Shown: positions 37,086 to 47,738, counted from the first letter of the stretch. The stretch: DNA of 64,000 nucleotides from an uncultured virus (IMG/VR IMGVR_UViG_3300019458_000025) (IMGVR_UViG_3300019458_000025); one strand, 5' to 3'. Translations and numbers: made by a program. Notes: generated by a model from the sequence alone, not told the origin.

Positions 37086-37499
37086 CTAACGAGAATGCTT
37101 CGATACCCACCACGCAGATCTCCAAGCCTTTTCGCTGATCGAGACGCCCTCTTCTTGTGCGCGACGTTGCGCCAGCGCCGGAGACAGGGCTCTATTCAGG
37201 TATTCGACGGCTTTGGCTCGCTCAAGCCCGAACTCGTATTCTTCGAGAATGATCGGCTCGCTGTATCCTCCCCAATGACGCCAGTAGGTCTTGCTGATTC
37301 CGTACTCTATAAAGCCCTCATTCGGGCGGTTCTCCTCGATCCAGGTTTGCGCCTGTCGGGAGGCTTCCACTTCATCCTGCGAGTCGGTCGAAACCCAAAG
37401 TAGCGTCTTCCCGCGTGGCTTTTTGAAAGACACGGAATACGCCCATGATACCGGACGATCTTCCCATCCAGGTGCCCTATAGCTTTTGCGTTTGGTCAT
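37086..37499 (-). CDS. Hypothetical protein
   Basis: GAGGGAG RBS; followed by a repeat copy. Confidence 0.65.
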   Translation of the reverse strand: MTKRKSYRAPGWEDRPVSWAYSVSFKKPRGKTLLWVSTDSQDEVEASRQAQTWIEENRPNEGFIEYGISKTYWRHWGGYSEPIILEEYEFGLERAKAVEYLNRALSPALAQRRAQEEGVSISEKAWRSAWWVSKHSR

Positions 37500-37560
37500 G
37501 TCTCCCTCTGGCACTCATCCTCACGGACACATTCGAGGACGGTCTTTCCATGTCAATCGG

Positions 37561-37965
37561 TCAAAGGCGTTCCTTCTGGTATTCCGGAGCCGCCGCGAAC
37601 GTGACGCCCTGCGGCATCTCACGGAACTTCTTGCACGACACGCACTTCCCGACGATGATCCCGATCAGGGATGAGTGCTCCACGATCTTCCTTGTGGTGA
37701 CGTAGGTACCCCCGCACGGGCACTTGAGCCCTTCGACTCGCAGACGCGGCGACCCTGGTCCCATGAGGCGGATCGCCACGATCGGCCAAAGGAAGGCATG
37801 GGCGATGATTGACCCCATTTCAAGCCCGCGACGCGCTCCCGTCATCTCGCTGAACCTCTTCCTCAAGTACTGGAGGGCGCCGCTTTCGGGGCGCAGGGCA
37901 TAGAAGATGAGGCCGACGAGAACGTAGGAACAAAGCCCAAGGACGATCGCATCACCAGGTTTCAT
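37561..37965 (-). CDS. Membrane protein with C-terminal Zn ribbon
   Basis: Two hydrophobic segments (FLWP); CPC...CVSC. Confidence 0.65.
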   Translation of the reverse strand: MKPGDAIVLGLCSYVLVGLIFYALRPESGALQYLRKRFSEMTGARRGLEMGSIIAHAFLWPIVAIRLMGPGSPRLRVEGLKCPCGGTYVTTRKIVEHSSLIGIIVGKCVSCKKFREMPQGVTFAAAPEYQKERL

Positions 37966-38225
37966 GACCGTCTACATCGGGAGCTTCAACTGATTCGGGT
38001 CATCGTAAGGCTTTTCGGGTTCAGGGAAAGGCTGGAGGATCTGACGGACGGTCCGGTCCTCCTCCTCGCCGTACGGGATCGCGTCCTTCCATTCCTCCGG
38101 GACCTTGTCGATATCCCGGACCTCGTGGGCGATCACGCAGTCCGGCCCCTCGTTCTCGCCTGCGCTGGCTTCCGCCAGGATCTCGGCCTCACGCTCGTCC
38201 CGGACAAGGACATAGAGCGTGTAGG

Positions 38226-38552
38226 TCACTTCGACGGCGTAGAGCTTGAACACGTCGGTTTCCCATTCATCCAGCACACGGCGTCTTCGATCAGGACCGG
38301 CTTCCATCCCCATCGGGAAAGGATGGCGACCATTTTACCCAAGGGCGTGGGAACCGCCACTCGAAATCCGGACGCCTCGATCGCGCGGACGAGCGCGGAG
38401 AAGTGCCCGCGCCCTTCATGGACGCTCTCGATGAAGCTGATGAGGATCACTTCTCCATCTTTCCAGAGGTAGGAGTCGCTCGCAAAGCGCTCGCGCGTGA
38501 AGCCCCAGGCTTCCGGAGCGGCCCCTATCTGGATGATACCATCCGCGATCAT
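38226..38552 (-). CDS. Possible GNAT-like protein
   Basis: ISFIES..EGRGHFSALV resembles acetyl-CoA motif A. Confidence 0.45.
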   Translation of the reverse strand: MIADGIIQIGAAPEAWGFTRERFASDSYLWKDGEVILISFIESVHEGRGHFSALVRAIEASGFRVAVPTPLGKMVAILSRWGWKPVLIEDAVCWMNGKPTCSSSTPSK

Positions 38553-38555
38553 GGA

Positions 38556-39026
38556 TCAACGTCCGTTCTTCAGCTTCATCAGGAACTCATATGCGAGCCG
38601 GTTCCAGCGGGCGTCTTCGAGCGCATGGTGCTCCATCGACTCCTGCGCCGGGAGCTTCGGGTTTCCGAGATCATCGCAAAGCTGCTTGATGTCGCGACAG
38701 TACATCGGCCAGCCTTTCGGGAGGTCGATCATGCGCCCGAATAGCTGACAGAGGACGACCCAGTCGTAGTCGGCGTAATAGCCCCATACTTCTGGACGTT
38801 CCCGGCAGAACGCGACGATCTCGTCGCGGATGACCGCCCGCGGTTTCCCGGTGCTCTGATCGACGTGCGGGAGAACGTTCTCCTTGACCCATTCGTTCGC
38901 CTTGGACGGGTCGCATTCTGAGGAGACCGCGTAGTATTCCCGTCCGTCCTCGGCGACGATCCCGATCGAGATGAGGTCGATGGTGAGGCCATCCTCGATG
39001 AACTCAGTGTCGAACCAATGCTTCAT
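38556..39026 (-). CDS. DEDDh 3'-5' exoribonuclease (Rv2179c/RNase AS-like)
   Basis: FDTEF, LISIG.V, WGYYADYDWV, HHALEDARW; in frame with an upstream Zn ribbon from 39278. Confidence 0.9.
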   Translation of the reverse strand: MKHWFDTEFIEDGLTIDLISIGIVAEDGREYYAVSSECDPSKANEWVKENVLPHVDQSTGKPRAVIRDEIVAFCRERPEVWGYYADYDWVVLCQLFGRMIDLPKGWPMYCRDIKQLCDDLGNPKLPAQESMEHHALEDARWNRLAYEFLMKLKNGR

Positions 39027-39322
39027 CGAGCGACCTCGCTCAGATGCTCCGGCCGATACCCGTGATGTTCGTGGTTCATTCTCCTTGGCGGATTCCTCCG
39101 CAGAAACCGTCTGGATTGAATACCGCCCGCACTGAGTACAGGTGACCCGTTGGTAGGCCGGGAGCGAGAGAGGAACGGTTTCGATATCTTCCAGGGACAA
39201 ACGAAAGGTCTTGGAGCCGCATTCACATGTTCTTGTGAACCTCTCCAAAAACTTCCTATTGAACTCATCACTTGCCATCGCGTGCCTCGGCCCGCTTTCA
39301 GCTTCCGAGAGGAAGCTGCAAG

Positions 39323-39604
39323 TTAACACATGGGTTGATGGGAAAGGCCGCTACCCACATCGACCCCAATAATATCCGCCTGATAAAAATCGGGCGCGTC
39401 AAACAGACTATCGGCAGCCTTGAACGCCTCGGCCTTCGTCTCAAACGGCCTTCCCGTCTTCGCGTCAACGACAATTTCGCACTTGCGTTGGGTGATGCCA
39501 TCAATGCTACAGGCAGACTCGTAGAGAACGACAAATCCATGCCCCTTGATAAGGCGAGCCGCTTCTTGGCTGACCTCTACCCGTCTGAGTGTTACCTGTT
39601 GCAC
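39323..39604 (-). CDS. Hypothetical protein
   Basis: AAAGGAGG RBS, GTG start; lower GC. Confidence 0.6.
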   Translation of the reverse strand: MQQVTLRRVEVSQEAARLIKGHGFVVLYESACSIDGITQRKCEIVVDAKTGRPFETKAEAFKAADSLFDAPDFYQADIIGVDVGSGLSHQPMC

Positions 39605-39614
39605 TTGTCCTCCT

Positions 39615-40146
39615 TTGCAGCTTCCATAACGAAGCCGCAACGCCTCTTCTGTTCAACTACCTCGGAAACCACACCACCGGGATCTTGCGGGCGCCCTTTC
39701 GGTAATAGTCGTGAAGACGATGCCAACCGTCTTGAAGGGTCTCATCCTCGAACGGGCTCAGGATTACAGGCCAGCGGTTCTTTGGCGGGTAATCCGGAAT
39801 ACCACCCAGCTTCAGATACCACTGGTGGTAGCTCTCGAAGTCTCCGAATTCCTCCGCAATGTCAGGGTCTTCGGCGATTTCCTTCGCAAGAATGGCTGCG
39901 GGAATCTCCGAGTATCCGAAGTTGCTCTTGGCGAGTTGTCTCTGGAGGTCTCGCAGATCTCCTTTGTACTCCCCCTCCGATACATATGTGAAAATGGCCC
40001 GCTGTGCCGGGCGAGGTAGTTCGTCATAGGGAAGAATCTGGCCTCCGACACGCTCGATTAGTTTCCTGTTACGTCTGCTGATCGCCATCTATGCCCCCGG
40101 CACTCTTTAACTCCTTGTGCTTGCAGCTTCGTTATGCAATCTACAA
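39615..40146. repeat. Inverted pair of 26-bp quasi-palindromic sites flanking a ParB-like gene
   Basis: 39615 TTGCAGCTTC-CATAAC-GAAGCCGCAA; 40121 TTGCAGCTTC-GTTATG-CAATCTACAA. Confidence 0.6.
39657..40088 (-). CDS. ParB/Sulfiredoxin-like domain protein
   Basis: WPVIL...LQDGWHRL..Y...IPVV. Confidence 0.7.
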   Translation of the reverse strand: MAISRRNRKLIERVGGQILPYDELPRPAQRAIFTYVSEGEYKGDLRDLQRQLAKSNFGYSEIPAAILAKEIAEDPDIAEEFGDFESYHQWYLKLGGIPDYPPKNRWPVILSPFEDETLQDGWHRLHDYYRKGARKIPVVWFPR

Positions 40147-40150
40147 TGCC

Positions 40151-42908
40151 TCATTCATTGTTGGCCTTCTTTGCGCGTTCCACGTTTTCAACGTCACGCT
40201 TGGCGCGCTTCAAAGTTTCGGCCGTCCGCCTTTCCAGGTATTCGAGGATGACCGTGCGGTTATGCCAGATGAAATCCTCGTACTTCCTGAGACCGTTGCA
40301 AGGACACCCGATCACGGCCTGCTTGCCGTCGATGGTGCCCCAGGAGATCATGTCGTAGGACGGGTCTTGGATGTACTTCTCCGGGTTGTTCTTCGCCTTC
40401 TCTAGAAGCTCTTCCAGTTCCCCTTCCCCGTAGATTCCGCTCTCCATCGTCGCGAAATGCGTGCGCCCGCAGAGTTCGCAGTCGATGACGAGCGAGCCTG
40501 CATTGATGATCACGCGCTCGAAGAGTTCGCTGGGCGGTTTCGGATCGTCGGCCATGGATCTCCCCCTTCTATTTCGCAGGAACCTTCTTCGCCAGCCGGT
40601 CGGCCAGTTGAAGAGCGTAGCCTCCGAAATCGTTCACGCTCGTCCGGTGTTCCTCGTTCCATGCCAGAAGCGCGTCGCCCTGAAGAGGCTCCTTCGCCCG
40701 GTCGCGGTGGATCATGAACGTGCGGAGGCTCGTGATTAGCTCCTCGCGATGCCGGTCGAGGGCTCCCTTCATCGGCTCCCCGAACTGCTTCTCGAAATCG
40801 GCCTCCGGATCTCCGCCGATGATGTAGAAGCCGGTCATCCACTCGTCGCGCTTGGCCGGGGTCTGGCCGCGCCCGACGAGGAGCGAGACCAGGAACGCGA
40901 TCTTGTCGGACGGAGCCGCGAACGTCCAGGCGTCGCTCGGGTTAACAAGCTCGTAGATCATGTTCACGTTCCATCTCCTTGAGCGCCTCGTTCGTGACCT
41001 TGATGATCCGGAGGCTCTTCTTGGTCTCGTCCTCGCGGTAGCAGTTCACATAGGGATGCGGCCCGTTGTTCAGCCAGACCTTGCCGCCGAAACCGAGCGC
41101 CCCGCAGAAACGGTACTCCAGCGTGCGCGCGCGCCCGTACTCGTCCGCCTGGATCACGAACATCTCCCGGCCTCGCTCTTCGGCCCCGGCATGCTGGACA
41201 AGGATGTCCCAGATCTTCGAGAGGCGCTCCTTGTCGAGCCTGCGCATGCGGTTCCATTCGCCGTAGGCCATGAGCTTCGCCTCGGACCCGCCCCAAACGT
41301 GCTCGATCTCGTCGGACTCCCGGCCGCACTTCGGACAGACGGCCTTGGCGCCCATGAGATCCTCGGCAAGCCGGTAGACCGAGGCATCCGGGAAGCTGCC
41401 GCAGGAGCATGGCAGGACATCGACCTTCGTCATCGGCTCGCCCCCTATTTCCTGCGGCGAAGGCAAAGCGTGTACGTATCCCACTGGTCTTTCGGGCCGA
41501 GGACGATGATCTTCCCATTCGCCTCCAGCCTTCTCATGCAGAGCTTGACCGCCAGGTGCATCGACCCGGGCTTTTTCTTGTGCCGGGCTTCCAGGTAACG
41601 GGCGATCCAGTCGGCCCCAGCCTGGTGGTTGATGGCGTCCTCCAGGATGGCAAGGATCGTCTCCTCCGTGGCGATGGGAGTCGTCATGCGGTCGGTTCTC
41701 CCCACGAAATGAGAGGATGTCATCGGTCCACTCAGGGCTGATAGAGCCTCAAACCGAGTTTCCGGCACTTCTCGATGGCCTCGGCGCTGTCTTTCACGGG
41801 CCCGAGGCCGATCTTGTCTTCGAGGCCGATCGTACACCATCCGCTCCGGTGGGCGTTCAGGTGGGACCGGCAGTAGACCCATTCGCCGAAGATCACGTCG
41901 TCGGCGAGTTTCTCGTCCCGGGTCTTCACCCTGCCACGGATCGCCTGGGCCGCGCAGGACCCGCAGGCTTGATGGCCCCAGAGCCCGTGGACGCAGAGCC
42001 GGTTCTTCTCCGAGTAGGCCCGCGTGGGCTCGTCGGGCGCGACGATACGGTCGCAGGACTCCGCGAGGTCGGCGCAGGCCGCGCGCTCGGCCGCGAGATC
42101 TGAGTTGTGCGCTGCCACGACCGCTCCCGCCTGTTCCGCGGTGAGACCGGTGACGACGCCGTTCGAGGTTCGGACGAGGAAACCCAGCTTGTCCGAGTTC
42201 TCCACGACCCAGGGACGGAGATCTACAGGCACCGGATGATCTCCCCGGCGATGACGTCGGCCGCGTTCTTGACCACGTTCTTGTCCGGGACGTTCGCGTC
42301 AACGGCCTGCTTCCCGACATTTGCGGCGATCGTAGCGCACCGGTCCCGGGTGTCCCGGACCAGGCGCCTGAGGTCGGCCAGCAGGTTGCATTCGTGGACG
42401 CCCGAGGGGTGATCCGCGGCAGGACACCACTGAGCCGCGATCGCCTCCGGCGTCAGGATCTCATCCTTTGGCGCAGATTGGGAAGCGAAGGAATTAGGCG
42501 CCCGCCGGGCGATGTCCGGGACGCCCCGGCATGGTTCGGCGCCGATCGCGTTTGCGAATTCCTTGGGGTCCACGCGGGGCGCCTTCTTGCCGACGACGTT
42601 GATCCGTTTCTCTCGTTTCATGGCTACTGGTTCTCCGGGACCCGGATGGAGTTCCAGCCATTGCCATCCGGAGCCAGTTGGAACTCCCCCTTGTTGACGT
42701 ACTCGATCTTCTTCGAGAAGCAGACCGCGCAATGGCAGTTGTTGGGAGAATAGGAGTACTGGAACGTGTCATGGATGAACTTCGCAAGCCCCTTCGCCGC
42801 GAACAGGGCTCCGGCGTGGTGTTCGGCGGAAGGCGCCATCGTGCCGTCGATCCAGCGGCCGGTTTCGGCCAGGAGCGTATGAACGATGTGGGCCGCGTCG
42901 GGACTCAT
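40151..42908 (-). other. Run of hypothetical CDS: 40151..40555, 40569..40967, 40942..41433, 41445..41688, 41732..42232, 42223..42621, 42624..42908
   Basis: Tightly coupled ORFs, several with CxxC pairs. Confidence 0.6.
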
Positions 42909-43945
42909 GCGCGCGCCTCCTGGGCCAGGCCGTTCACTTCGATCGCCTGCCTCATCCAGTGTCCGTGCGTCTGGACGTGGCCTTTCCGGACGACCTTCCC
43001 GACGACGTTCCGGTAGTCCTTGAACGGGAAAGCCCGCGAGATCCGGACCACGTAGCCCTCGCATGGGTCGCCCGCATGCTCGTGGGGCTCGAAGTCGCGG
43101 AGCCGCGTTTCGTCCCAAACCCCGCGCCAGAAGACCGGGACGGTCTTGAGTCCGAGAAGCTCCGCATACTCCTGGGTCTCGTCCCAGGAGAGGCAGACGT
43201 TCCGCTCGTTCCAGATCGAATGGACCAGGAAGTGGGCCGGAAGAGTCCGGTACCGGATGGAATGGACCGCGTAGAGGTTCTCGCCGCACACACGCCATCC
43301 CTCCGGGATCTCGTGGCCGATCGTCCGGTGGATCTTCCAGAGCCAGTCCCGGGACGGATGGGGCGGAGAGTCGATCGACCGGGCGTGAAAGCCGTCCCGG
43401 TAGAGGCTCGTCTGCTCGCCGTCCATCTTGACCGTGACGACGACGTCCTCGCTCTCGAACCCGGCGACCGATTCCATCATGCGGTCGTCGTCGGTCCCGC
43501 CAGGGCTCCAAGGGAGATGATAGGTCCGGGGATGCTTCACCCGGTTCGTGAAGAGATGGAGGACCGGCGCGATCACCTTCTGGACGCTCTCGTCGTAGAA
43601 TAGCTCTCCGCGGAGGCGTCGGCCGTTTGGAAGGATCGGGTCCCCCCACTTGTCATAGACCTCGTCCGGATAGAGATGGGGCGGCAGGATCACGCGCTCG
43701 ATTCCGGCTGCCTTCCGGACGTCCTCGCAGGAGAGCACCGTGGACTCCGCCGCCAGATGGTGCTCTTGGCAGACGGAGACGCCGTTATCGAGGTAGGTGC
43801 CGCCGTCCGGCCAGAGCCTGCGCTCGACGATATGATGCGCATCCTTGGCCGGAGCGCCGCAGACCACGCACTTATGGCCGTCGCGCTCGAAGACCGCGGT
43901 CCGGAACTCGTCCCGGGTGAGCAGGCCCCCGCTCTCGGGCGTCAT
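42905..43945 (-). CDS. HNH nuclease-like domain fused to an RNA ligase (Rnl2-like)
   Basis: FERDGHKCVVC..DAHHI..N.V.VC..HH; K.PRT.HLPWSPG, KMDG, CGEN, EGYVVR, K.VR. Confidence 0.9.
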   Translation of the reverse strand: MTPESGGLLTRDEFRTAVFERDGHKCVVCGAPAKDAHHIVERRLWPDGGTYLDNGVSVCQEHHLAAESTVLSCEDVRKAAGIERVILPPHLYPDEVYDKWGDPILPNGRRLRGELFYDESVQKVIAPVLHLFTNRVKHPRTYHLPWSPGGTDDDRMMESVAGFESEDVVVTVKMDGEQTSLYRDGFHARSIDSPPHPSRDWLWKIHRTIGHEIPEGWRVCGENLYAVHSIRYRTLPAHFLVHSIWNERNVCLSWDETQEYAELLGLKTVPVFWRGVWDETRLRDFEPHEHAGDPCEGYVVRISRAFPFKDYRNVVGKVVRKGHVQTHGHWMRQAIEVNGLAQEARA

Positions 43946-44030
43946 GGACTTCCTTTCTGACGTGTGCCAGATAGGGTACAGTTTTGATGGTCCTCGCGCA
44001 AGCGAATTCCGGATCTCCCCCTCCGCACGG

Positions 44031-46042
44031 TCAAATGTTGATCCGCCAGTCCTTCTCGAAGCTGTGGGCCTGGAAGAGGTCCCCCAGGGCCTTGGCGAGC
44101 GCGACGACGGCGGCGGCATCGAGACCGGAGAACGTGCCGCCTGTCCGGAGGTAATAGGTCCCGGCATTCGGGTCCCGGCCGACCACGACGCCCTCTGGAA
44201 GTTTGAGATCGGCCAGTTCGCGGGCCATGATCTCCTTGCTTTCGGCCTCCTTGCGCTCGCGTTCCTGGGTCGCCTTCTCGCCCGCCCGCTGGCCTTTGAT
44301 GCGGTCTGAGATGTCCTTCACGATCTTCTCGATGTTCCAGGTGCCGTCCTGGCGCTTCGGGAAGGTGACCTTGCGGCGCCCCCCGCCGAAGTAGCCCCAG
44401 TGGATGACCACTTCGGCGTTGCCCGAGTGCCGCCCCCGGAAACTCCGGATGAACTCGTGCTGGACGATCACGTTGATGGAGAACCCCTCCAGCCAGAAGG
44501 ACCGGTGCGGTCCCGAAGAAGCCGCATAGTCGATCTTGGGCTTGATCCCGGTCGCCTTCCGGACCTCCTCGACCAGCCGGTCGAAAAGGGGACCGGCCTC
44601 GGCCTCGTACTTCTCCTGGAGCGTCCGCTCCTGGTCGGCTTCGTTCGCGTAGCCGTTCATGGCCTTCTCCTCTCCCGTCTACTTCCAGGCCCCGGCAGGA
44701 CGCTCGCTCAGGATCTCGCGAGCGCGGCGCTCCTGGGAGGCGTTGATCCGCACGTCGAGGCGCCGGACACCGGCCGGATGGAGCGCGGTCGGGACGCCCC
44801 GGACGTTGAGGTACCTGGAGATGCGGTGGGCCTCCCGAGATTCATCCGTGGCCACGACCACGAGAGGGTGCCTGGCCGCGTCGATCGCGCGCTCGATCTC
44901 CGAAAGCCCCTCGTCGGCTCGGAGGTAGGCCAAGGAGTAGAGTTCCTCCTTGCCGTTCTCTTCGACGACCACATAGGAGCCGCGCTCGATCGCCTGGAGA
45001 TCCTGGGCGTCGGGCTTGCGGCCTTCGAGCCGTTCGATGTCCCACGGAGCGGCCATCCGGAGGATCTGGACCTTGGCGCCGAAGCTTCCGTAGATCACGG
45101 TTTCTCCTCCGTCTTCTGGCCCGACCCATCCTTCCAGCCCATCTCGTAGGCCAGCTTGACGATCTCGCGCAACTCCGGCGGCCGGAGGACCCGGTACGAG
45201 CAGGCGCCTCCTCCGTGGCCCTTCCGCCCCGCGAAGAGGCGCTCGACCATCCGCGTGGCGACGGCGTCGGCCTGGTTCATGGCTGCCTCGTCCCTTTTGC
45301 CTTGTGGGACCCGCTCTCGGCATCCTGGGCGATACGGAGGAAGGCCACGTAGAACCCCTCGGCCCCGTAGGTGTGGAGCCAGCGCGCCCACTCCTTCGCG
45401 TCCTTCGCCTCTGTCTTCACGCTCACGGTGGCGCTCCTTACTTGTAGCACCGGCAGTGGTCGCACATCTTGAGGAGATACTCCTCGTTGTACTTCTCGGT
45501 GTTGCCGGGATAGCTCGTGTAGTCCACCTGCAAGACGCCCTGGAAGTGGCCCCAGTCCTTGGGTTCCCCCCTGTAGACGCGCTCGCCGCACTCCGGGCAG
45601 TCCCATGCCTCGAAGAGCCCATCGGCGAGGAGCTTGGCGAGGCGCTCCTTGTCCTCGGCGCCCGGCTCCCGGACGTTGAACCAGGCGAGGAGGTCTTCCT
45701 GGTCCTGCCCGTCCAGTTCGTCCCAGGTCAGCTTCGTTTGCATCGTCAAACCCCCACGTTCGTCCATCCCATGTCACGGCTGACCACGACATCCGTGCGG
45801 ACGGCCTTCGCAATCCCCCGGAGCCAGCGCTCCGAGTCTTCCGGTTGCTCAGACGCCTTGACGAAGACCTCCCGTCCGTCCTTGAGGCGGAGCATGTACC
45901 GGATGACGAAGGTCCCATAGGCGACCAACTTCCCGAGGGCGACGACGTCGCCGTGGTCGATCTCGACCGTCCGGCCGCCAGGGTACGGATGGCCGCCGGG
46001 TTTGCCTCCGGCGTGGGCCGCCTCCACCACCGTGAGCTTCAT
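44031..46042 (-). other. Run of hypothetical CDS: 44031..44660, 44679..45098, 45095..45280, 45438..45743, 45746..46042
   Basis: RBS-preceded, coupled ORFs; no family recognised. Confidence 0.6.
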
Positions 46043-46119
46043 CACACTCCCATTGGAGCAAAACGTGTGCCACTGTGGAGTACGGTCCAAACCATCCAAA
46101 TTCACGGTTTTTAGCGGTC

Positions 46120-46313
46120 TTACAGCCCTATCTGCCAAGGTGGCACCCACGGATGGCAGGCTGACGGGTCTAAAGAGCGCGGGGCTTCCACCCGCTGCGG
46201 CCGTTCATCACGGCCTCTGCCCGCGCCGCCCTTGGCCTGACCACGGCCCAGCCGCAGGCCCGCGGGCTTTCTGGAATCCGGCCCCGCGTCTCCGTGGTCG
46301 TATGAGGCCGGAT
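46120..46313 (-). ncRNA. Candidate structured RNA downstream of ssb
   Basis: Consecutive or nested stems ATCCGGCCTC/GGGGCCGGAT, GCCCGCG/CGCGGGC, GGCCTG/CAGGCC, GGCCG/CGGCC, GCGGG/CCCGC, CAGCC-TGCCA/TGGCA-GGCTG. Confidence 0.4.
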
Positions 46314-46328
46314 AGATGTCGCGACGCC

Positions 46329-46742
46329 CTAGAACGGGATGTCCTCCGACGACGCCTCGTCGGTTGCCGGAGGAGCTTCCTCCGATTCGCCTTCCTTCTT
46401 GGCGCCAGGCCGAGACCCCACGAAAGTCACCCGGAGGGCGATGACCTTGATCCGGCTCGTCTTCCTGCCATCCGGGGTCTCCCAGCGGTCCTGCTTGAGC
46501 CTTCCCTCGATGAAGATTTGGCTTCCCTTCTTCACGTACTCGGCCGTGATCTCCCCGGTCCTGGCCCAGGCTTCGACCTCGATGAAGGTCACGTCCTCGA
46601 CCTTCTGGCCAGTCTGCTTGTTCTTGTACGAGTGGTTGAGCGCGAGGCCGAACGAGCAGACCGCCGTCCCTTGGGGCGTATAGCGAAGCTCCGGGTCCCG
46701 AGTCAGGTTCCCGAGAAGCATCACCTTGTTCACGCTCGCCAT
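46329..46742 (-). CDS. ssb: Single-stranded DNA-binding protein
   Basis: NKVMLLGNLTRDPELRYT, KKGSQIFIEGRL, C-terminal EDIPF. Confidence 0.97.
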   Translation of the reverse strand: MASVNKVMLLGNLTRDPELRYTPQGTAVCSFGLALNHSYKNKQTGQKVEDVTFIEVEAWARTGEITAEYVKKGSQIFIEGRLKQDRWETPDGRKTSRIKVIALRVTFVGSRPGAKKEGESEEAPPATDEASSEDIPF

Positions 46743-47142
46743 CGGCCACCTCTCCTATGCGGTGTACTTGTCGATGATTTCCAGGGCCTTCTTGCGCTGC
46801 GTTTCCGAGAGCGGGCCCTTGTACTTATAGACTACGTTCTCGATGAAACCGGCCTCCCAGGAGTCCACTTCGATATCCTCGTTATGGTCGATCGCCTTCA
46901 ACTCCTCGCGGATCTCCTCATCCGTCATGGGACCTCTCTCCGTTGCTTTTTCATGTCCGCCAGACGTGGTAAACCTCGGTCAAATACGGGAAACCGTCCT
47001 TCTTCTTCCTGGAGCCCAGGGTGAGGACGGCGTGGCGATGGGCTCCCCGGTGACCCTGGTCGAAATCGCACCCGGCGGCGTGCCCGTTGACCTTGACCGC
47101 GCTCGGACACCGGTCGGAAGGTTTTCTCTTCATGCCCATGAT

Positions 47143-47724
47143 CTACCCCGCCGTTACAGGTTCTGCCGACTTCCGGGGCCGAAGCGCCTTCATGGCCTTC
47201 TGAAGCTCCGCCCGGGTGATCGAATACCGGTGAAGAACCTTCTCGCGCCGGTAGCCCTCAGGTTCGTCCTCCTTGTAGGAACAGGTCCCGATGGATTCTC
47301 CATCCTTGTTGAACCGGGTCACCTTGACCCATTCCCCGTTCCAGCGGAAGGACGCCCCGACGAAGAGCCTCCGCGGGCCATCCCAGTGCTCGGCGTGATC
47401 GCTCCAGATGTCGATGAAGAACACCGGTTTGCGCTTCTTCCAGCGCTCGAAGGCGATTGCGGCGCTCACGTTGTCGAAGCAGACGGCGGTGCCGTAATAG
47501 CTTTCCCCGCTGTGGGACCCGAGGCCCATCCAGTAGTCAGGCCGATAGCGCTTCTCGATCACCGAGAAGTCATCCTGCCCGAACTTCATCCCGGACGTGA
47601 TCGCAAGCGAGAGCGCCTGCGCGAGCGAGGCATTATACCGCCTCCAGGAGTGTTCGAACGCCCGGCAGGAGTGGTCCCAGACGTGCTGGATCAGTTCGAT
47701 CGCGGCCGAATCGCGTTTCTTCAT
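47143..47724 (-). CDS. Hypothetical protein
   Basis: GGAGG RBS; 193 aa. Confidence 0.7.
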   Translation of the reverse strand: MKKRDSAAIELIQHVWDHSCRAFEHSWRRYNASLAQALSLAITSGMKFGQDDFSVIEKRYRPDYWMGLGSHSGESYYGTAVCFDNVSAAIAFERWKKRKPVFFIDIWSDHAEHWDGPRRLFVGASFRWNGEWVKVTRFNKDGESIGTCSYKEDEPEGYRREKVLHRYSITRAELQKAMKALRPRKSAEPVTAG

Positions 47725-47738
47725 TATGGGCCTCCAGG

